64,000 nt of DNA from an uncultured Christensenellaceae bacterium (GCA_910588545.1 CAJUOU010000001.1:308357-372356); one strand, 5' to 3'; shown: positions 9,080 through 19,700, counted from the first letter of the stretch. Translations and numbers: made by a program. The notes: generated by a model not told the origin, from the sequence alone.

Positions 9080-10600
9080 GTGGAATTTTTAGACGAATTG
9101 AACAAATTGACAAATGATAAATTTAACTACTTGAAGGTAAGTAATGTAGAGATACAAAAAAAACCTCCTATAGTAACGGTTAATTTTTTATTGCCTTATG
9201 ATATTTTGGATAGTTTGTCCGAGGAAGATAAACTTACCATTAAGGATGCGGTAATCAATATTTTGCCTCATTCCATGCAGGTTGAAATTACATTTTCAAA
9301 ATCTTACATAAATGACGAAGTTGTAAAAAGGTATGTTTTAAGTTATTTTAAGGAAAAACATCCTACGGTTATGATTGAAAACAGCGAAATAGATGCGAAA
9401 GTAGTCAATGGGATAGCCTTTGTCAAAATAAATATGAAATCGATGTTTTACGACTACTTTAAGTCAATGGATTTGCTTGCAAGTATGACAAACTATATGT
9501 CTCATAAAATGTGCAACGAATTGAGGCTTGAAATATCCGACAGTAAAAAGGATTTGGATTTGGACACCGACCTTGCAACAGAGGACTCCATAACAATAAT
9601 AAGCCGTAGGATAAGGACGGATAATCACGAAAAGATAGTAGGAAAAGCAATTTCCGTGCGACCAAGATATATTGTGGACAGCAAAGATACGGAAGATAAT
9701 GCCATTTATGCTGGGGAAGTAATAGAGTTTAAACGAAATGAGAGTAAAAAGACGGGCAACTCATATTATGTATTTAAAATAAATGACGGTACAGGCAGTT
9801 TGGTGTGCAAGGCATTTGCAAAATATCAAGGAGAGGGCGACTATGACAAAATCGGCATAGGCGACGAGATAATTGTTACGGGACGCAAAGATTTGGATAG
9901 TTTTTTACATGATAGTGTGCTTTTGTGTAAAGATATTAGCAAGTGCACGATTGATAAGTCATCGATAATTTTAAAAGAAGATTTAAAAACTACGCCTATG
10001 AAATATGTGGCAGTGCACCCTGAGCGCTATGTTGACTATATACAAGACGATTTGTTTTCCGCAGGGACAAACAGCAGTGCAGTACCTGAATATTTGGTAG
10101 GAAAATCTTTTGTTATTTTTGATTTTGAAACGACAGGTTTGGATGTTTCGGACGAAGTAATCGAGCTTGGTGCGGTAAAAGTTGTAGATGGCGTGATAAG
10201 TGAAACTTTTTCCACTTTTGTCAATCCGCATATTCCTATACCCGAAAAAATTACCGAGCTTACTTCCATAACTGACAACGATGTTAAAAATGCACCCGAT
10301 ATGTCGGATGTAATCGCAGATTTTTATAAGTTTAGCGAAAACAGCGTGCTTGTAGCCCACAACGCGGCATTTGATAAAAAGTTTGTAGATAAGTATGCAA
10401 AGCTTAACGGATATCTATTTGCAAACCGTACAATGGATACCGTTGAAATGGCAAGAAAAAGCGTATTTTGCAAAAACTACAAATTAGGCACATTGTGCGA
10501 GCATTTCGGTATTAATTTGGAGGGTGCTCACAGGGCGGTAAACGATTGCTTGGCGACCGCAAAGTTATTTATCGAACTTGTTAAAATAGGCAAATTTTGA
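9080..10600 (+). CDS. PolC-related protein: PolC-like N-terminal region, OB fold and DEDDh 3'-5' exonuclease, with no PHP or polymerase domains
   Basis: GTG start with AAAGAGG RBS. OB-like segment GEVIEFKRNESKKTGNSYYVFKINDGTGSLVCKAFAK...GDEIIVTGR. Exo motifs FVIFDFETTGLD, VLVAHNAAFDKKF, HRAVNDCLATAKLF. Occupies the polC slot between ispG and rimP. Confidence 0.8.
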   Translation: MEFLDELNKLTNDKFNYLKVSNVEIQKKPPIVTVNFLLPYDILDSLSEEDKLTIKDAVINILPHSMQVEITFSKSYINDEVVKRYVLSYFKEKHPTVMIENSEIDAKVVNGIAFVKINMKSMFYDYFKSMDLLASMTNYMSHKMCNELRLEISDSKKDLDLDTDLATEDSITIISRRIRTDNHEKIVGKAISVRPRYIVDSKDTEDNAIYAGEVIEFKRNESKKTGNSYYVFKINDGTGSLVCKAFAKYQGEGDYDKIGIGDEIIVTGRKDLDSFLHDSVLLCKDISKCTIDKSSIILKEDLKTTPMKYVAVHPERYVDYIQDDLFSAGTNSSAVPEYLVGKSFVIFDFETTGLDVSDEVIELGAVKVVDGVISETFSTFVNPHIPIPEKITELTSITDNDVKNAPDMSDVIADFYKFSENSVLVAHNAAFDKKFVDKYAKLNGYLFANRTMDTVEMARKSVFCKNYKLGTLCEHFGINLEGAHRAVNDCLATAKLFIELVKIGKF

Positions 10601-10757
10601 AATCGAAAAAGCTGTAATGTAATTTTTAAATTTTATGTCTTGTCTAAATAAAGGGTAGTATAAATTGAAATTTATATCTAATTTTCCGATTTTGGCTAAT
10701 TTTATCGTAATTAATACAAGTAAATATATATATTTATAAAAAAATTACAAAAAATGC

Positions 10758-10786
10758 TTGCATTGCATTACTTGATGTGGTATAAT
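10758..10786 (+). promoter_or_regulatory. sigma-A-like promoter of the rimP-nusA-infB operon
   Basis: TTGCAT at 10758-10763, 17-nt spacer, extended -10 TGgTATAAT at 10778-10786. Confidence 0.6.
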
Positions 10787-10809
10787 TTTATCGTAATAGA
10801 TTAACATCT

Positions 10810-10832
10810 AAGGAGTGGTCGAACCACTCCTT
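10810..10832 (+). promoter_or_regulatory. leader hairpin upstream of rimP (possible attenuator)
   Basis: Perfect 9-bp stem AAGGAGTGG/CCACTCCTT with a 5-nt loop, about 20 nt downstream of the predicted TSS. Followed by a weak U-tract (AAUGUUUG). Confidence 0.35.
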
Positions 10833-10850
10833 AATGTTTGCGGAGGATTT

Positions 10851-11315
10851 ATGTCAAAAGTTATTGATATGGTTGAAGAACATATCACAAAAGCAGTAGC
10901 CGAATTGGGATACGAAATTATTGAAATCACTTACAAGAAATATTTGGGGGATATGAATCTTACAATATTTATCGATAAGGACGGTGGAGTGGATTTGAAC
11001 GGGTGTGAACTTGTTCATAGAACGATTGACCCTATCCTTGACGAGATTGACCCAACAAGTGGGGAAAAATACATTTTAAATGTGTCTTCTCCCGGTATTG
11101 ACAGACCTTTAAAAGTGGAGCGAGATTATAAGAGAAATCTTGATAAAGAAGTAAATGTTTCACTTTTTGAAAAAGTGGGGGATTTAAAAAAATTCGTGGC
11201 AGTTTTAAAAGGTTATGACTTGCAAAAAGGATTAATCGATTTGGATTATAACGGGAAAGAAATTAATTTAGACATCAAGAACATTGCACTGATAAAACCC
11301 GAAATTAAATTTTAA
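10851..11315 (+). CDS. rimP: ribosome maturation factor RimP
   Basis: MSKVIDMVEEHI...; SSPGIDRPLK motif. Start moved to ATG 10851 (GGAGG at 10842-10846). Confidence 0.92.
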   Translation: MSKVIDMVEEHITKAVAELGYEIIEITYKKYLGDMNLTIFIDKDGGVDLNGCELVHRTIDPILDEIDPTSGEKYILNVSSPGIDRPLKVERDYKRNLDKEVNVSLFEKVGDLKKFVAVLKGYDLQKGLIDLDYNGKEINLDIKNIALIKPEIKF

Positions 11316-11367
11316 TAATAAAACTAGAGAATAAAATTTTGATAATTTGTAGAGGAGAAATATAAAA

Positions 11368-12438
11368 ATGGTTAATAAAGATTTTTTTGCGGCATTGGAC
11401 GAATTGGAAAAGGACAAAAGAATTGAAAAGTCAACATTTATCGAAGCTTTGGAGGCAGGTTTGGTTTCTGCTTTTAAAAGGGAAACCGGCGAAGCAAGAC
11501 CTATGACGGTTAAATTGAATGAGAATAGATGCGAAATTAAAGTTTTTGCATACAAAACCGTTGTTGAAGAAGTTACCGAGCCTGATAAGGAAATTTTGCT
11601 AAGCGATGCAAAAGAAATTAAAAAGTCTTATAAAGTTGGCGATTGGGTACTTTGGGATGTTACTCCTAAGGAACTTTCAAGAATTGCTATCCAAACTGCA
11701 AAACAAGTTGTTATGCAAAGATTGAATGACGCTCGTAAAGAACGTGTTATGTCCGAAATGACTGACAGAGAGGGCGAAATTGCCAATGCACAAGTTATAA
11801 AAATTGACGGGGATATTGTTTATCTTGAAATTTTGAGTACTCAAATGACTGCCATAATGTCAGGTGCGGATAAGTCTCCTAACGAAAAATATATGCCGGG
11901 TCAAATGCTTAAAGTTTATGTTAAAAACACAAGAACTAATACAAGAGGTCCGCAAGTTATCGTATCTCGTTCGGTTGCAGGTCTTGTTAAAAGATTGTTT
12001 GAGATGGAAGCCCCTGAAATCAAGAGTGGAGATATCGTTATTAAAGGTATCGTGAGAGATGCAGGTAACCGTACAAAAATGGCTGTACATAGTGACAATC
12101 CTAATATCGACGCTGTTGGCGGTTGTATTGGTCAAAAAGGTGTAAGAATCAACGAGGTTGTACGCGAGCTTTCAGGCGAAAAAGTTGATATAATCCGTTG
12201 GAGTGAAAATCCGCTTGAATACATTGCAAGAGCATTAAGCCCTGCACAAGTTTTGAGCATTACACAAGAGGATGAAAAAACTGCAAGAGTAATAGTCCCT
12301 GATGACAAGTTGTCACTTGCTATCGGTAAAGGCGGACAAAATGTCAGACTTGCCGCAAAGTTGACAGGTTGGAAAATAGATGTTAAGTCCCAATCTCAAG
12401 CTATACAAGACGGTATAATTGACGTTACAGAGGAGTAA
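11368..12438 (+). CDS. nusA: transcription termination/antitermination factor NusA
   Basis: N-terminal domain, S1 and two KH regions (GxxGxxG: CIGQKGVRI, AIGKGGQNVRLA). Confidence 0.97.
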   Translation: MVNKDFFAALDELEKDKRIEKSTFIEALEAGLVSAFKRETGEARPMTVKLNENRCEIKVFAYKTVVEEVTEPDKEILLSDAKEIKKSYKVGDWVLWDVTPKELSRIAIQTAKQVVMQRLNDARKERVMSEMTDREGEIANAQVIKIDGDIVYLEILSTQMTAIMSGADKSPNEKYMPGQMLKVYVKNTRTNTRGPQVIVSRSVAGLVKRLFEMEAPEIKSGDIVIKGIVRDAGNRTKMAVHSDNPNIDAVGGCIGQKGVRINEVVRELSGEKVDIIRWSENPLEYIARALSPAQVLSITQEDEKTARVIVPDDKLSLAIGKGGQNVRLAAKLTGWKIDVKSQSQAIQDGIIDVTEE

Positions 12439-12441
12439 GAC

Positions 12442-12714
12442 GTGGTAAAAAAAATTCCTATGCGTATGTGTATTGTTTGCCATAACATGGTAGATAAACG
12501 CGATTTGATAAGAATAATCAGAACAAAAGATGGCGAATATATGTTGGATACTACACTTAAAGCTAACGGAAGAGGTGCGTATATCTGTAAAAACCCCGAT
12601 TGTTTTGCAAAAATGATAAAAACAAAAGGTTTGAATAAAGCTTTTAAGGAAAATATTTCGCCCGAAGTTTATGACAAAATTCAAGGAGAATATGATAAAT
12701 ACTACAAAAATTAA
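12442..12714 (+). CDS. ylxR: YlxR/RnpM family RNA-binding protein (DUF448)
   Basis: PMRMCIVCHNMVDKRDLIRI...GRGAYIC motif; GTG start after GAGGAG; conserved position after nusA. Confidence 0.9.
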   Translation: MVKKIPMRMCIVCHNMVDKRDLIRIIRTKDGEYMLDTTLKANGRGAYICKNPDCFAKMIKTKGLNKAFKENISPEVYDKIQGEYDKYYKN

Positions 12715-12997
12715 GTCTTATATAGGTTTTGCCATAAAAATGCAAAAAGCCACTTTTGGGGTGGATGGTATAAAAACCTGCAGACGAAAAATATACATTG
12801 TATTGTATGATGGTAGTTTGGGGGATAATTCCCGTAAAAAGTTGTGCGATTTTTGCGCAAATAAAAATATAAGATGCAGTATGGTAGATTTCAGTTTAAG
12901 TGAACTTACCAAAAGAGCTAATGTAAAAGCTGTGGCGATTGAAGATAGCTCTTTGGCGAGTGCAATAACCGAATGTATGGAGGTGCAACATGAGTGA
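12692..12997 (+). CDS. ylxQ: L7Ae-family ribosome-associated protein YlxQ
   Basis: Conserved position between ylxR and infB. Start preferred at ATG 12692 (AAGGAG 5-6 nt upstream); ATG 12671 is an alternative. Confidence 0.8.
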   Translation: MINTTKIKSYIGFAIKMQKATFGVDGIKTCRRKIYIVLYDGSLGDNSRKKLCDFCANKNIRCSMVDFSLSELTKRANVKAVAIEDSSLASAITECMEVQHE

Positions 12998-15566
12998 TAT
13001 TAAAGAAGTTATTGGTAAAGTTAACGGTATGCCTGTTTTAAAGGACAATACCATTGTTGCTTTGCAAAAGGATATAAGAGAATTAAAAAATTTAATGCGT
13101 TCTATCGAGGGCAGAATGCAAGACAAAAAGGCGGAAATCAAAGAAAAAGATTTGCCACCTGTTGTCAGCGCCAACGAGGAGGCGGAAGTGCCTGCAGTAT
13201 CGGTAGCACAGGAGGTTGCACCTAAAGTTCAAGTGCAGGAAGAAATTGCTGTTCCTAATAACGAGAAGGTAAAAACAGAACAAACAGCAAACGAAAGTAC
13301 ATTTGTTGAAGAAGTTGCCGTACCTAAAGTTGCACAAAATACCGAAAAGGCACAAGAGCCTGTTCGTAAAAATGTGTTTGTGCCAAATGATAACAGGCAA
13401 AATAGAAATAATAAGCCGTACGAAAATAAAAATCGTGCAAATAATAATGGTCCGCGTGAATTTAACAAAGACGGAAAACCTAATTTTAATAGGGATAATA
13501 AAAACAAGCCTTTTAATAAGGACGATAAGAAACCTTTCAACAGGGATGGTAAGAGAGATAATTTCGGTAAATTCGAAGCACCTCCTATTGCAACTCCTAT
13601 GAAAGAAAATACTCAAAAGAAAAAGAAAGCTTTTGAGAAAGACGATAATAAAAAACAACTTAATAAGCGTACTTTGCTTAAAAAAGGTTACGCTACAAAC
13701 GGTTATGACGGATTTGACGATGATGACGATGTTGTAAGAATCCATAAACAAAAGAAAATCAAAAAAGCAAATGACTTTACACCTAATACCGTAAAAATCG
13801 AGCATGCAGTGGTAGAAACTCAAATAATTCCTATTAAAACACTTGCTGAGAAGATAGGTATTCAAGGTGCGGAAATCGTAAAAAAACTTTTCCTATTAGG
13901 TCAAATGTGCAATGTTAACGGAAGTATCGACTTCGATACTGCGGAACTTGTAGCAATGGATTACGGCATTACCTTGGAGTACAAGCCACAAGAGACAGCT
14001 GAAGATATTTTAAAACAATCTGTTTTGGAACATTCCGTAGAGGGCGAATTTGTAAAAAGGCCTCCTGTTGTTACCATTATGGGACACGTTGACCACGGTA
14101 AAACATCTCTTTTGGACTACATCCGTAAGTCTAAAGTCGCAAGCGGCGAGGCGGGAGGTATTACTCAACATATCGGTGCTTACACAATAGAGTTGAACGG
14201 CGAGCCTATCACATTCCTTGATACTCCGGGACACGAGGCATTTACTTCTATGAGAAAAAGAGGTGCAATGGTTACGGATATTGCAATCATAGTAGTTGCA
14301 GCGGATGATGGTATAATGCCACAAACGGTTGAGGCAATCTCACATGCTAAAGAGGCAGGAGTAGAAATTATGATTGCTATCAACAAAATGGATAAAACTC
14401 AAGCCAACCCGGATAAAGTTATGGAGGAAATGGGCAGATATGATTTAGTTCCCGAGGCTTGGGGAGGTACAACAATGGTTTATCCTGTAAGTGCAAAAAC
14501 AGGTATGGGCGTTGACGATTTGCTTGAGGGTATTTTGTTACTTGCAGAGTATAAAGAGCTTACTGCGGTTAAAGACTGTCCTGCAAGCGGTACTATTATT
14601 GAGGCAAGGCTTGACAAAGGAGTTGGACCGGTTGCAACTTGCTTGATTCAACAAGGTACTTTAAAGGTAGGAGATTACATTGTTGCCGGCACTGTTGTAG
14701 GTAAGGTTAGGGCGTTGATTGACAACAATAACAAACAAATTAAGAGTGCGGGACCTAGTATTGCCGTATCTATTCATGGTTTGTCGGATGTACCTAATGC
14801 GGGCGACCAAATGATTTCCGTAAAAGACGATAAGCTTGCTAAAAAGGTTGCACAGGAAAGATATAATAAAGAACGTGAAGAAATGCAAAGCAAAAGCAAG
14901 GCTCGTAGCCTAGACGATATGTTCAAAGGCGTAAGCAGTGGGGAGAGAAAATCGCTTGGTGTTATAATCAAGGGCGATGTTCAAGGTTCTGTGGAAGCTG
15001 TAAAACAAGAGTTTATCAAACTTGGCGAAAATGTTGCTGACGAAAATGTTGTGCTTACAATTATTCATGCAGGTGTAGGTGCAATCAATGAGTCGGATGT
15101 TATGCTTGCAGATACAGGTAACGCGGTTATCGTAGGCTTTAATGTAAGACCTGAGCCAAAAGCTCGTGCACTTGCGGAAAAAAATGGTGTTGATATCAAA
15201 ATTTACCGCGTAATTTACGACGCTATCGATGATATTCAAAAAGCACTTAAAGGTATGCTTGACCCTGTATTCCGTGAAGAAGAGCTTGGACATGCAGAAG
15301 TTCGTGAAACCTTTAATATCAGCAAAGTTGGTACTATTGCAGGCTGCTATGTTACAGATGGTAAGATTTTAAGAAATGCTAAATTTAGATTGATTCGTGA
15401 CAATGTAGTTATTTTTGAGGGTAATATATCGTCCATGAAACGTAATAAGGACGAGGCTAAAGAAGTTGCTAGCGGTTATGAGTGTGGTATCGGGCTAGCA
15501 GGATTTAACGATATTAAGATTGGCGATATTATCGAAGCATTTATTTTGAAAGAGGAAGAGAGATGA
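12990..15566 (+). CDS. infB: translation initiation factor IF-2
   Basis: Low-complexity N-terminal region followed by a GTPase ([24 protein letters not shown]). Confidence 0.98.
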   Translation: MSDIKEVIGKVNGMPVLKDNTIVALQKDIRELKNLMRSIEGRMQDKKAEIKEKDLPPVVSANEEAEVPAVSVAQEVAPKVQVQEEIAVPNNEKVKTEQTANESTFVEEVAVPKVAQNTEKAQEPVRKNVFVPNDNRQNRNNKPYENKNRANNNGPREFNKDGKPNFNRDNKNKPFNKDDKKPFNRDGKRDNFGKFEAPPIATPMKENTQKKKKAFEKDDNKKQLNKRTLLKKGYATNGYDGFDDDDDVVRIHKQKKIKKANDFTPNTVKIEHAVVETQIIPIKTLAEKIGIQGAEIVKKLFLLGQMCNVNGSIDFDTAELVAMDYGITLEYKPQETAEDILKQSVLEHSVEGEFVKRPPVVTIMGHVDHGKTSLLDYIRKSKVASGEAGGITQHIGAYTIELNGEPITFLDTPGHEAFTSMRKRGAMVTDIAIIVVAADDGIMPQTVEAISHAKEAGVEIMIAINKMDKTQANPDKVMEEMGRYDLVPEAWGGTTMVYPVSAKTGMGVDDLLEGILLLAEYKELTAVKDCPASGTIIEARLDKGVGPVATCLIQQGTLKVGDYIVAGTVVGKVRALIDNNNKQIKSAGPSIAVSIHGLSDVPNAGDQMISVKDDKLAKKVAQERYNKEREEMQSKSKARSLDDMFKGVSSGERKSLGVIIKGDVQGSVEAVKQEFIKLGENVADENVVLTIIHAGVGAINESDVMLADTGNAVIVGFNVRPEPKARALAEKNGVDIKIYRVIYDAIDDIQKALKGMLDPVFREEELGHAEVRETFNISKVGTIAGCYVTDGKILRNAKFRLIRDNVVIFEGNISSMKRNKDEAKEVASGYECGIGLAGFNDIKIGDIIEAFILKEEER

Positions 15567-15916
15567 GCAACAGGATAGAAAGGATAAATGCCGAAATAAA
15601 AAAGCAGTTGGCACCTATTATAAGTGAGGAACTATCCGACCCAAGAATTAAAGGTATGATAAGCATTGTCAAAGTAGATTGCGACAGCGATTTATCGGTA
15701 TGCAAAGTTTATCTTAGCGTACTTGGTGCAAACGGCGAAGAAAAACAAGTGGTTGATGCCATTCAAAACGGGCAAGGTTATATAAAAAATATTCTTAAAA
15801 AACGCATTATTTTAAGAAGTTTGCCCGAGTTGAGGTTTTATTTGGATGACAGCATAACTTACGGCATTAAAATAAGCCAAATTTTAAGCGATATTAATAC
15901 TAAAACAAACGAATAA
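15563..15916 (+). CDS. rbfA: ribosome-binding factor A
   Basis: RIERINAEIKKQLAPIISEELSDPRI... RbfA pattern; ATGA overlap with infB. Confidence 0.93.
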   Translation: MSNRIERINAEIKKQLAPIISEELSDPRIKGMISIVKVDCDSDLSVCKVYLSVLGANGEEKQVVDAIQNGQGYIKNILKKRIILRSLPELRFYLDDSITYGIKISQILSDINTKTNE

Positions 15917-15980
15917 AATCTTTTAAGGTTTAAAGCATTTGCAAAAAGGTTAGTATAACATATAAAGATTAGAGGTATAT

Positions 15981-16946
15981 ATGGATTATCAAAATATAAT
16001 TAATGAGATAAAAAAAGCAAATACCATTGCCGTTATTTCTCATATAAATCCCGACGGAGACACTGTCGGTTCCTCTCTTGCGATTTATAAAGCAATTCAA
16101 ATGTATGGCAAAAAACCATACATTTTTTGCGATGATGTAATGACTGATAAATTAAGTTTTTTGCAAGGGACCGAAAATTACAACAAAGCTAAGCTAGATA
16201 AATACGATTTGACTATTGCTGTCGATTGTGCGGATATGGAAAGGCTTGGAGTTTACTCTGCGGAGGAATTTAAAAAGGGTAAGCGTAAAATGGTTATCGA
16301 CCACCATAAAACAAATACGAAATACGGGGATATCAATTTGATTGATATAAACGCTGCCGCTACCGCTCAAATAGTAACCTTTTTGTTAAAAGAAATGGGC
16401 GGACTTAATAGGGAAGTCGCAAGGCTTTTATATAGCGGGCTTGTTACGGATAGTGGTGGTTTTACTTTTTCGAATGTGACCGCAAAAACTATGGAGGCAG
16501 CAAGTATTTTGCTAGAGTATGATATTGCCGCTCATGAAATATGTGACCACTTTTTAAAGAAGATAAAGATGAATACGTATAAGCTTAAGGCAAGAACACT
16601 TTCTAATGCTAAGTTTTACGATAACAATCAAATAGGAATTATTAGCTTTTTAAAGAAAGATTTTGATGAGACCAATTGTGATAATTCAAGTACAGAGGGT
16701 ATGGTAAACAACATTATCAATGTTATAGGTGTTCGTGTTGCGGTTGCCATAAGTGAAGTTCGCGAGCAAAACTTTAAAGTGAGCATAAGGACGGGCGAGG
16801 ATGTTGATAGTAGCAAAATTGCGCTTATGTTTGGCGGCGGCGGTCATAAAAATGCTGCGGGTTTTAGGGTTAACGGCTATTACGAAGATGTTGTGGAAAA
16901 GATATTAAAAGCGGTGCGTGACGAAATATGTTGTTCATGGGAGTAA
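15981..16946 (+). CDS. nrnA: DHH/DHHA1 phosphoesterase (NrnA-like nanoRNase / pAp phosphatase)
   Basis: SHINPDGDTVGS, DHH (VIDHHK) and GGGGH motifs; sits in the rbfA-truB position typical of Clostridia. Confidence 0.85.
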   Translation: MDYQNIINEIKKANTIAVISHINPDGDTVGSSLAIYKAIQMYGKKPYIFCDDVMTDKLSFLQGTENYNKAKLDKYDLTIAVDCADMERLGVYSAEEFKKGKRKMVIDHHKTNTKYGDINLIDINAAATAQIVTFLLKEMGGLNREVARLLYSGLVTDSGGFTFSNVTAKTMEAASILLEYDIAAHEICDHFLKKIKMNTYKLKARTLSNAKFYDNNQIGIISFLKKDFDETNCDNSSTEGMVNNIINVIGVRVAVAISEVREQNFKVSIRTGEDVDSSKIALMFGGGGHKNAAGFRVNGYYEDVVEKILKAVRDEICCSWE

Positions 16947-17800
16947 TTAATGTGCTAAAACCTACAGGTTGGACGTCGTCCGATGTTGTGGTAAAGGTTA
17001 AACATTTATTAAAAAATTATACCGGTAATAAAAAAATCAAAGTAGGACACTTAGGTACATTGGACCCTGCGGGGAGTGGAGTTTTACCTATTTGTTTTGG
17101 TTCGGCGACAAGGCTTTTCGATTATATGGTGGGGCAGGACAAAGTGTATAGAGCAACCTTTTGTTTTGGTAAAACTACCGATACTTTGGACTCTTACGGA
17201 GTAGTTGTCGGTGAGTGTGAAAATATACCTACATTAGACGAAATCACGTCGAAAATCGGTATGTTTTTGGGAAAGATTATGCAATTACCGCCAAAATATT
17301 CGCGTATTAGTGTAGGAGGAATTCGTGCGTGTGATGCCGCAAGAGACGGCAAGGAAATCGATATAAAGCCTAGGCAAGTTAATGTTTATAGTATAAATAT
17401 ATTGTCCTATGACGATGGTGTGTTGACTTTGGATATACATTGTTCGGGAGGTACTTATATAAGAAGTATTTGCCGTGATTTGGCAGTAGCAGTCGACAGC
17501 ATTGCATATATGTCAAGCATTATAAGGTTGCAAAACAAAAATTTTTTTATTGAAAACGCAGTAACTTTGGACGAGTTGAAAGATAATATAGAAAAACATA
17601 TAATTTCACTTGAAGATTTGTTTAGTGATATGCCAAAAGTATATGTGCAGGGTAAAGAGAGCTTTCAACTTTTAAATGGCGTTAAAATTGCAAATCGTGG
17701 GATAAAAACCGATTATATTGTTGTTATCGATGGCAAAATATTCGGTATATGCAAAGACGGAGATAAAAATTTAGAGGTTGTTGTAAGATTATGGAACTGA
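16928..17800 (+). CDS. truB: tRNA pseudouridine-55 synthase
   Basis: GVINVLKPTGWTSSDVV...GHLGTLDPAGSGVLPI motif. ATG 16937 is an equally plausible start. Confidence 0.94.
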   Translation: MLFMGVINVLKPTGWTSSDVVVKVKHLLKNYTGNKKIKVGHLGTLDPAGSGVLPICFGSATRLFDYMVGQDKVYRATFCFGKTTDTLDSYGVVVGECENIPTLDEITSKIGMFLGKIMQLPPKYSRISVGGIRACDAARDGKEIDIKPRQVNVYSINILSYDDGVLTLDIHCSGGTYIRSICRDLAVAVDSIAYMSSIIRLQNKNFFIENAVTLDELKDNIEKHIISLEDLFSDMPKVYVQGKESFQLLNGVKIANRGIKTDYIVVIDGKIFGICKDGDKNLEVVVRLWN

Positions 17801-18702
17801 TTGATTTTTTAGGAAAAAGCGATAGCCCGTTATGTTTGGCTTTAGGCTATTTTGACAGTGTACATAAAGGACATAAAAAGTTGCTGGATTTGTGCGTAAA
17901 CAGCGGCTATACTCCTGCTGTCTTTACTTTTACAAACAATCCTCAAAATGTAATTTCCGGCATGTCAAAACAGTGCTATACTTTTTCAGAAAGAGTGCAT
18001 ATCTTTGAAAAAATCGGTATTAAATGTGTCATATACGCTAAATTCGATAAAGATTTTAAGAATTTGCACGGGAAGGAATTTTTAGATATTTTATGCAAAA
18101 ATTTTAATATTAAAAAAGTTGTTTTCGGCACAGATTATACTTGCGGAGTAAAAGCGGAATTTAGTGCCAAAGACGTAAAAAATTACTTTAATAAAAAACA
18201 AATAGAATCGCATGTAATCGACTTGGTTATGGCGGATAGTGGCAAGATTGCCTCAAGAGATATAAGGGAACTTTTAAAAGCAGGCGATATTGGCAAAGTT
18301 AACAAATTATTACCATACCCATACTTTATGATAGGCAGTGTGGAAAAGGGTAGGAATGTCGGCGGCAGTGTGGTAGGTTATCCGACAGCCAATATTGTTT
18401 ATCCCGATAGTAAAATCGAAATAAAAGCAGGCGTTTATAAAACACATATTATAATAGATGGACAAGCTTATTTGGGACTAACCAATGTGGGAGCACATCC
18501 AACATTTGATGATTATAATTTTAATTTGGAAAGCTTTGTAATAGACTTTGACGGAGACCTTTACGGGAAATTTATTAAAGTAGAGTTTTACGAGTATTTG
18601 CGCGGAATAAGCAAGTTTAATAGCGCGACGGAGTTAAAAGCACAAATAGATAGTGACTTTAAAAGGGTATTACAAGACAAAAACGAAATTAAAAAGGTAT
18701 AA
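17791..18702 (+). CDS. ribF: bifunctional riboflavin kinase / FAD synthetase
   Basis: N-terminal FMN adenylyltransferase (GYFDSVHKGH) plus C-terminal riboflavin kinase (GRNVGG..GYPTAN). Confidence 0.93.
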   Translation: MELIDFLGKSDSPLCLALGYFDSVHKGHKKLLDLCVNSGYTPAVFTFTNNPQNVISGMSKQCYTFSERVHIFEKIGIKCVIYAKFDKDFKNLHGKEFLDILCKNFNIKKVVFGTDYTCGVKAEFSAKDVKNYFNKKQIESHVIDLVMADSGKIASRDIRELLKAGDIGKVNKLLPYPYFMIGSVEKGRNVGGSVVGYPTANIVYPDSKIEIKAGVYKTHIIIDGQAYLGLTNVGAHPTFDDYNFNLESFVIDFDGDLYGKFIKVEFYEYLRGISKFNSATELKAQIDSDFKRVLQDKNEIKKV

Positions 18703-18773
18703 AATTTGCATTGATTTTTATTATTTTTGTTTGATTAATAATAAAAATAACAGTTATAAAAACGAGGTGGAGT

Positions 18774-19628
18774 ATGATAAAGTTCGGACCTAGCGGAACA
18801 GGTAGCATTTTTGAAGAAGAAGGTTTTTCCAAAACCATAGATGTGCCAAATTGGCTAAAAGGGAAAGGTCTTGATTTGTACGAATATTCTTTTGGCAGAG
18901 GCGTTCGTATGAGTGAAGAAACCGCTAAAATTTATGGCGCAGAGTTTGCAAAACATGGTATAGAAATTTCCGTACACGCACCATATTTTATCAACTTGGC
19001 TACTCAAGAAGAGGATAAAGCGGCAAACAACCATAGATATATAAAAGAAAGTTTGATAGCACTTAAAAATTTAGGCGGAAAGCGTTGCGTTTTTCATCCG
19101 GGGTCTCCTTTAAAAATGCCAAGAGAGCAGGCGATGGAATTGTTGATGATGCGTCTTGATAATTTGCTAAGTGATTTATATGCAAGCAACCTTGCTGAAA
19201 ATACAATGCTTGCTATAGAAACAATGGGTAAACAAGCTCAACTTGGGGATGTGGACGAAATTATTCGAATGGTAGCTCGCGATAAAATGCTTTATCCTTG
19301 TATAGATTTTGGACATTTGAATGCAAGGACAGGCGGCAGTTTAAAAAGTTACGACGATTATAGGATTGTATTGGAAAAGTTTATTGCAGGAGTTGGTTTT
19401 GATAAGGTAAACAATATGCATGTACATTTTTCCAAAATAGAGTATTCTGCAAAAGGGGAAGTACGGCATTTAACTTTTGAAGATACAAATTTCGGACCTG
19501 ATTTTGAGCCTTTGGCTAAGGCTTTGATAGATTTGAATTTGCATCCGTTTATCGTTTGTGAGTCTGCGGGAACTCAAACAATAGATAGCTTATATATGAA
19601 AAATTGTTATAATAATATGCTAAAATAA
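18774..19628 (+). CDS. xylose-isomerase-like TIM-barrel protein (AP endonuclease family 2 / endonuclease IV-related)
   Basis: Pattern EISVHAPYFINLA...CVFHPGS...IETMG...IDFGHLNA resembles the Nfo-type metal-binding barrel. Confidence 0.6.
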   Translation: MIKFGPSGTGSIFEEEGFSKTIDVPNWLKGKGLDLYEYSFGRGVRMSEETAKIYGAEFAKHGIEISVHAPYFINLATQEEDKAANNHRYIKESLIALKNLGGKRCVFHPGSPLKMPREQAMELLMMRLDNLLSDLYASNLAENTMLAIETMGKQAQLGDVDEIIRMVARDKMLYPCIDFGHLNARTGGSLKSYDDYRIVLEKFIAGVGFDKVNNMHVHFSKIEYSAKGEVRHLTFEDTNFGPDFEPLAKALIDLNLHPFIVCESAGTQTIDSLYMKNCYNNMLK

Positions 19629-19700
19629 ACTAAATTATATCCATTGCTTTTATGGTAAAAATTATTTTAAAATTTTACCAATTATATTTAAAACTATTTA

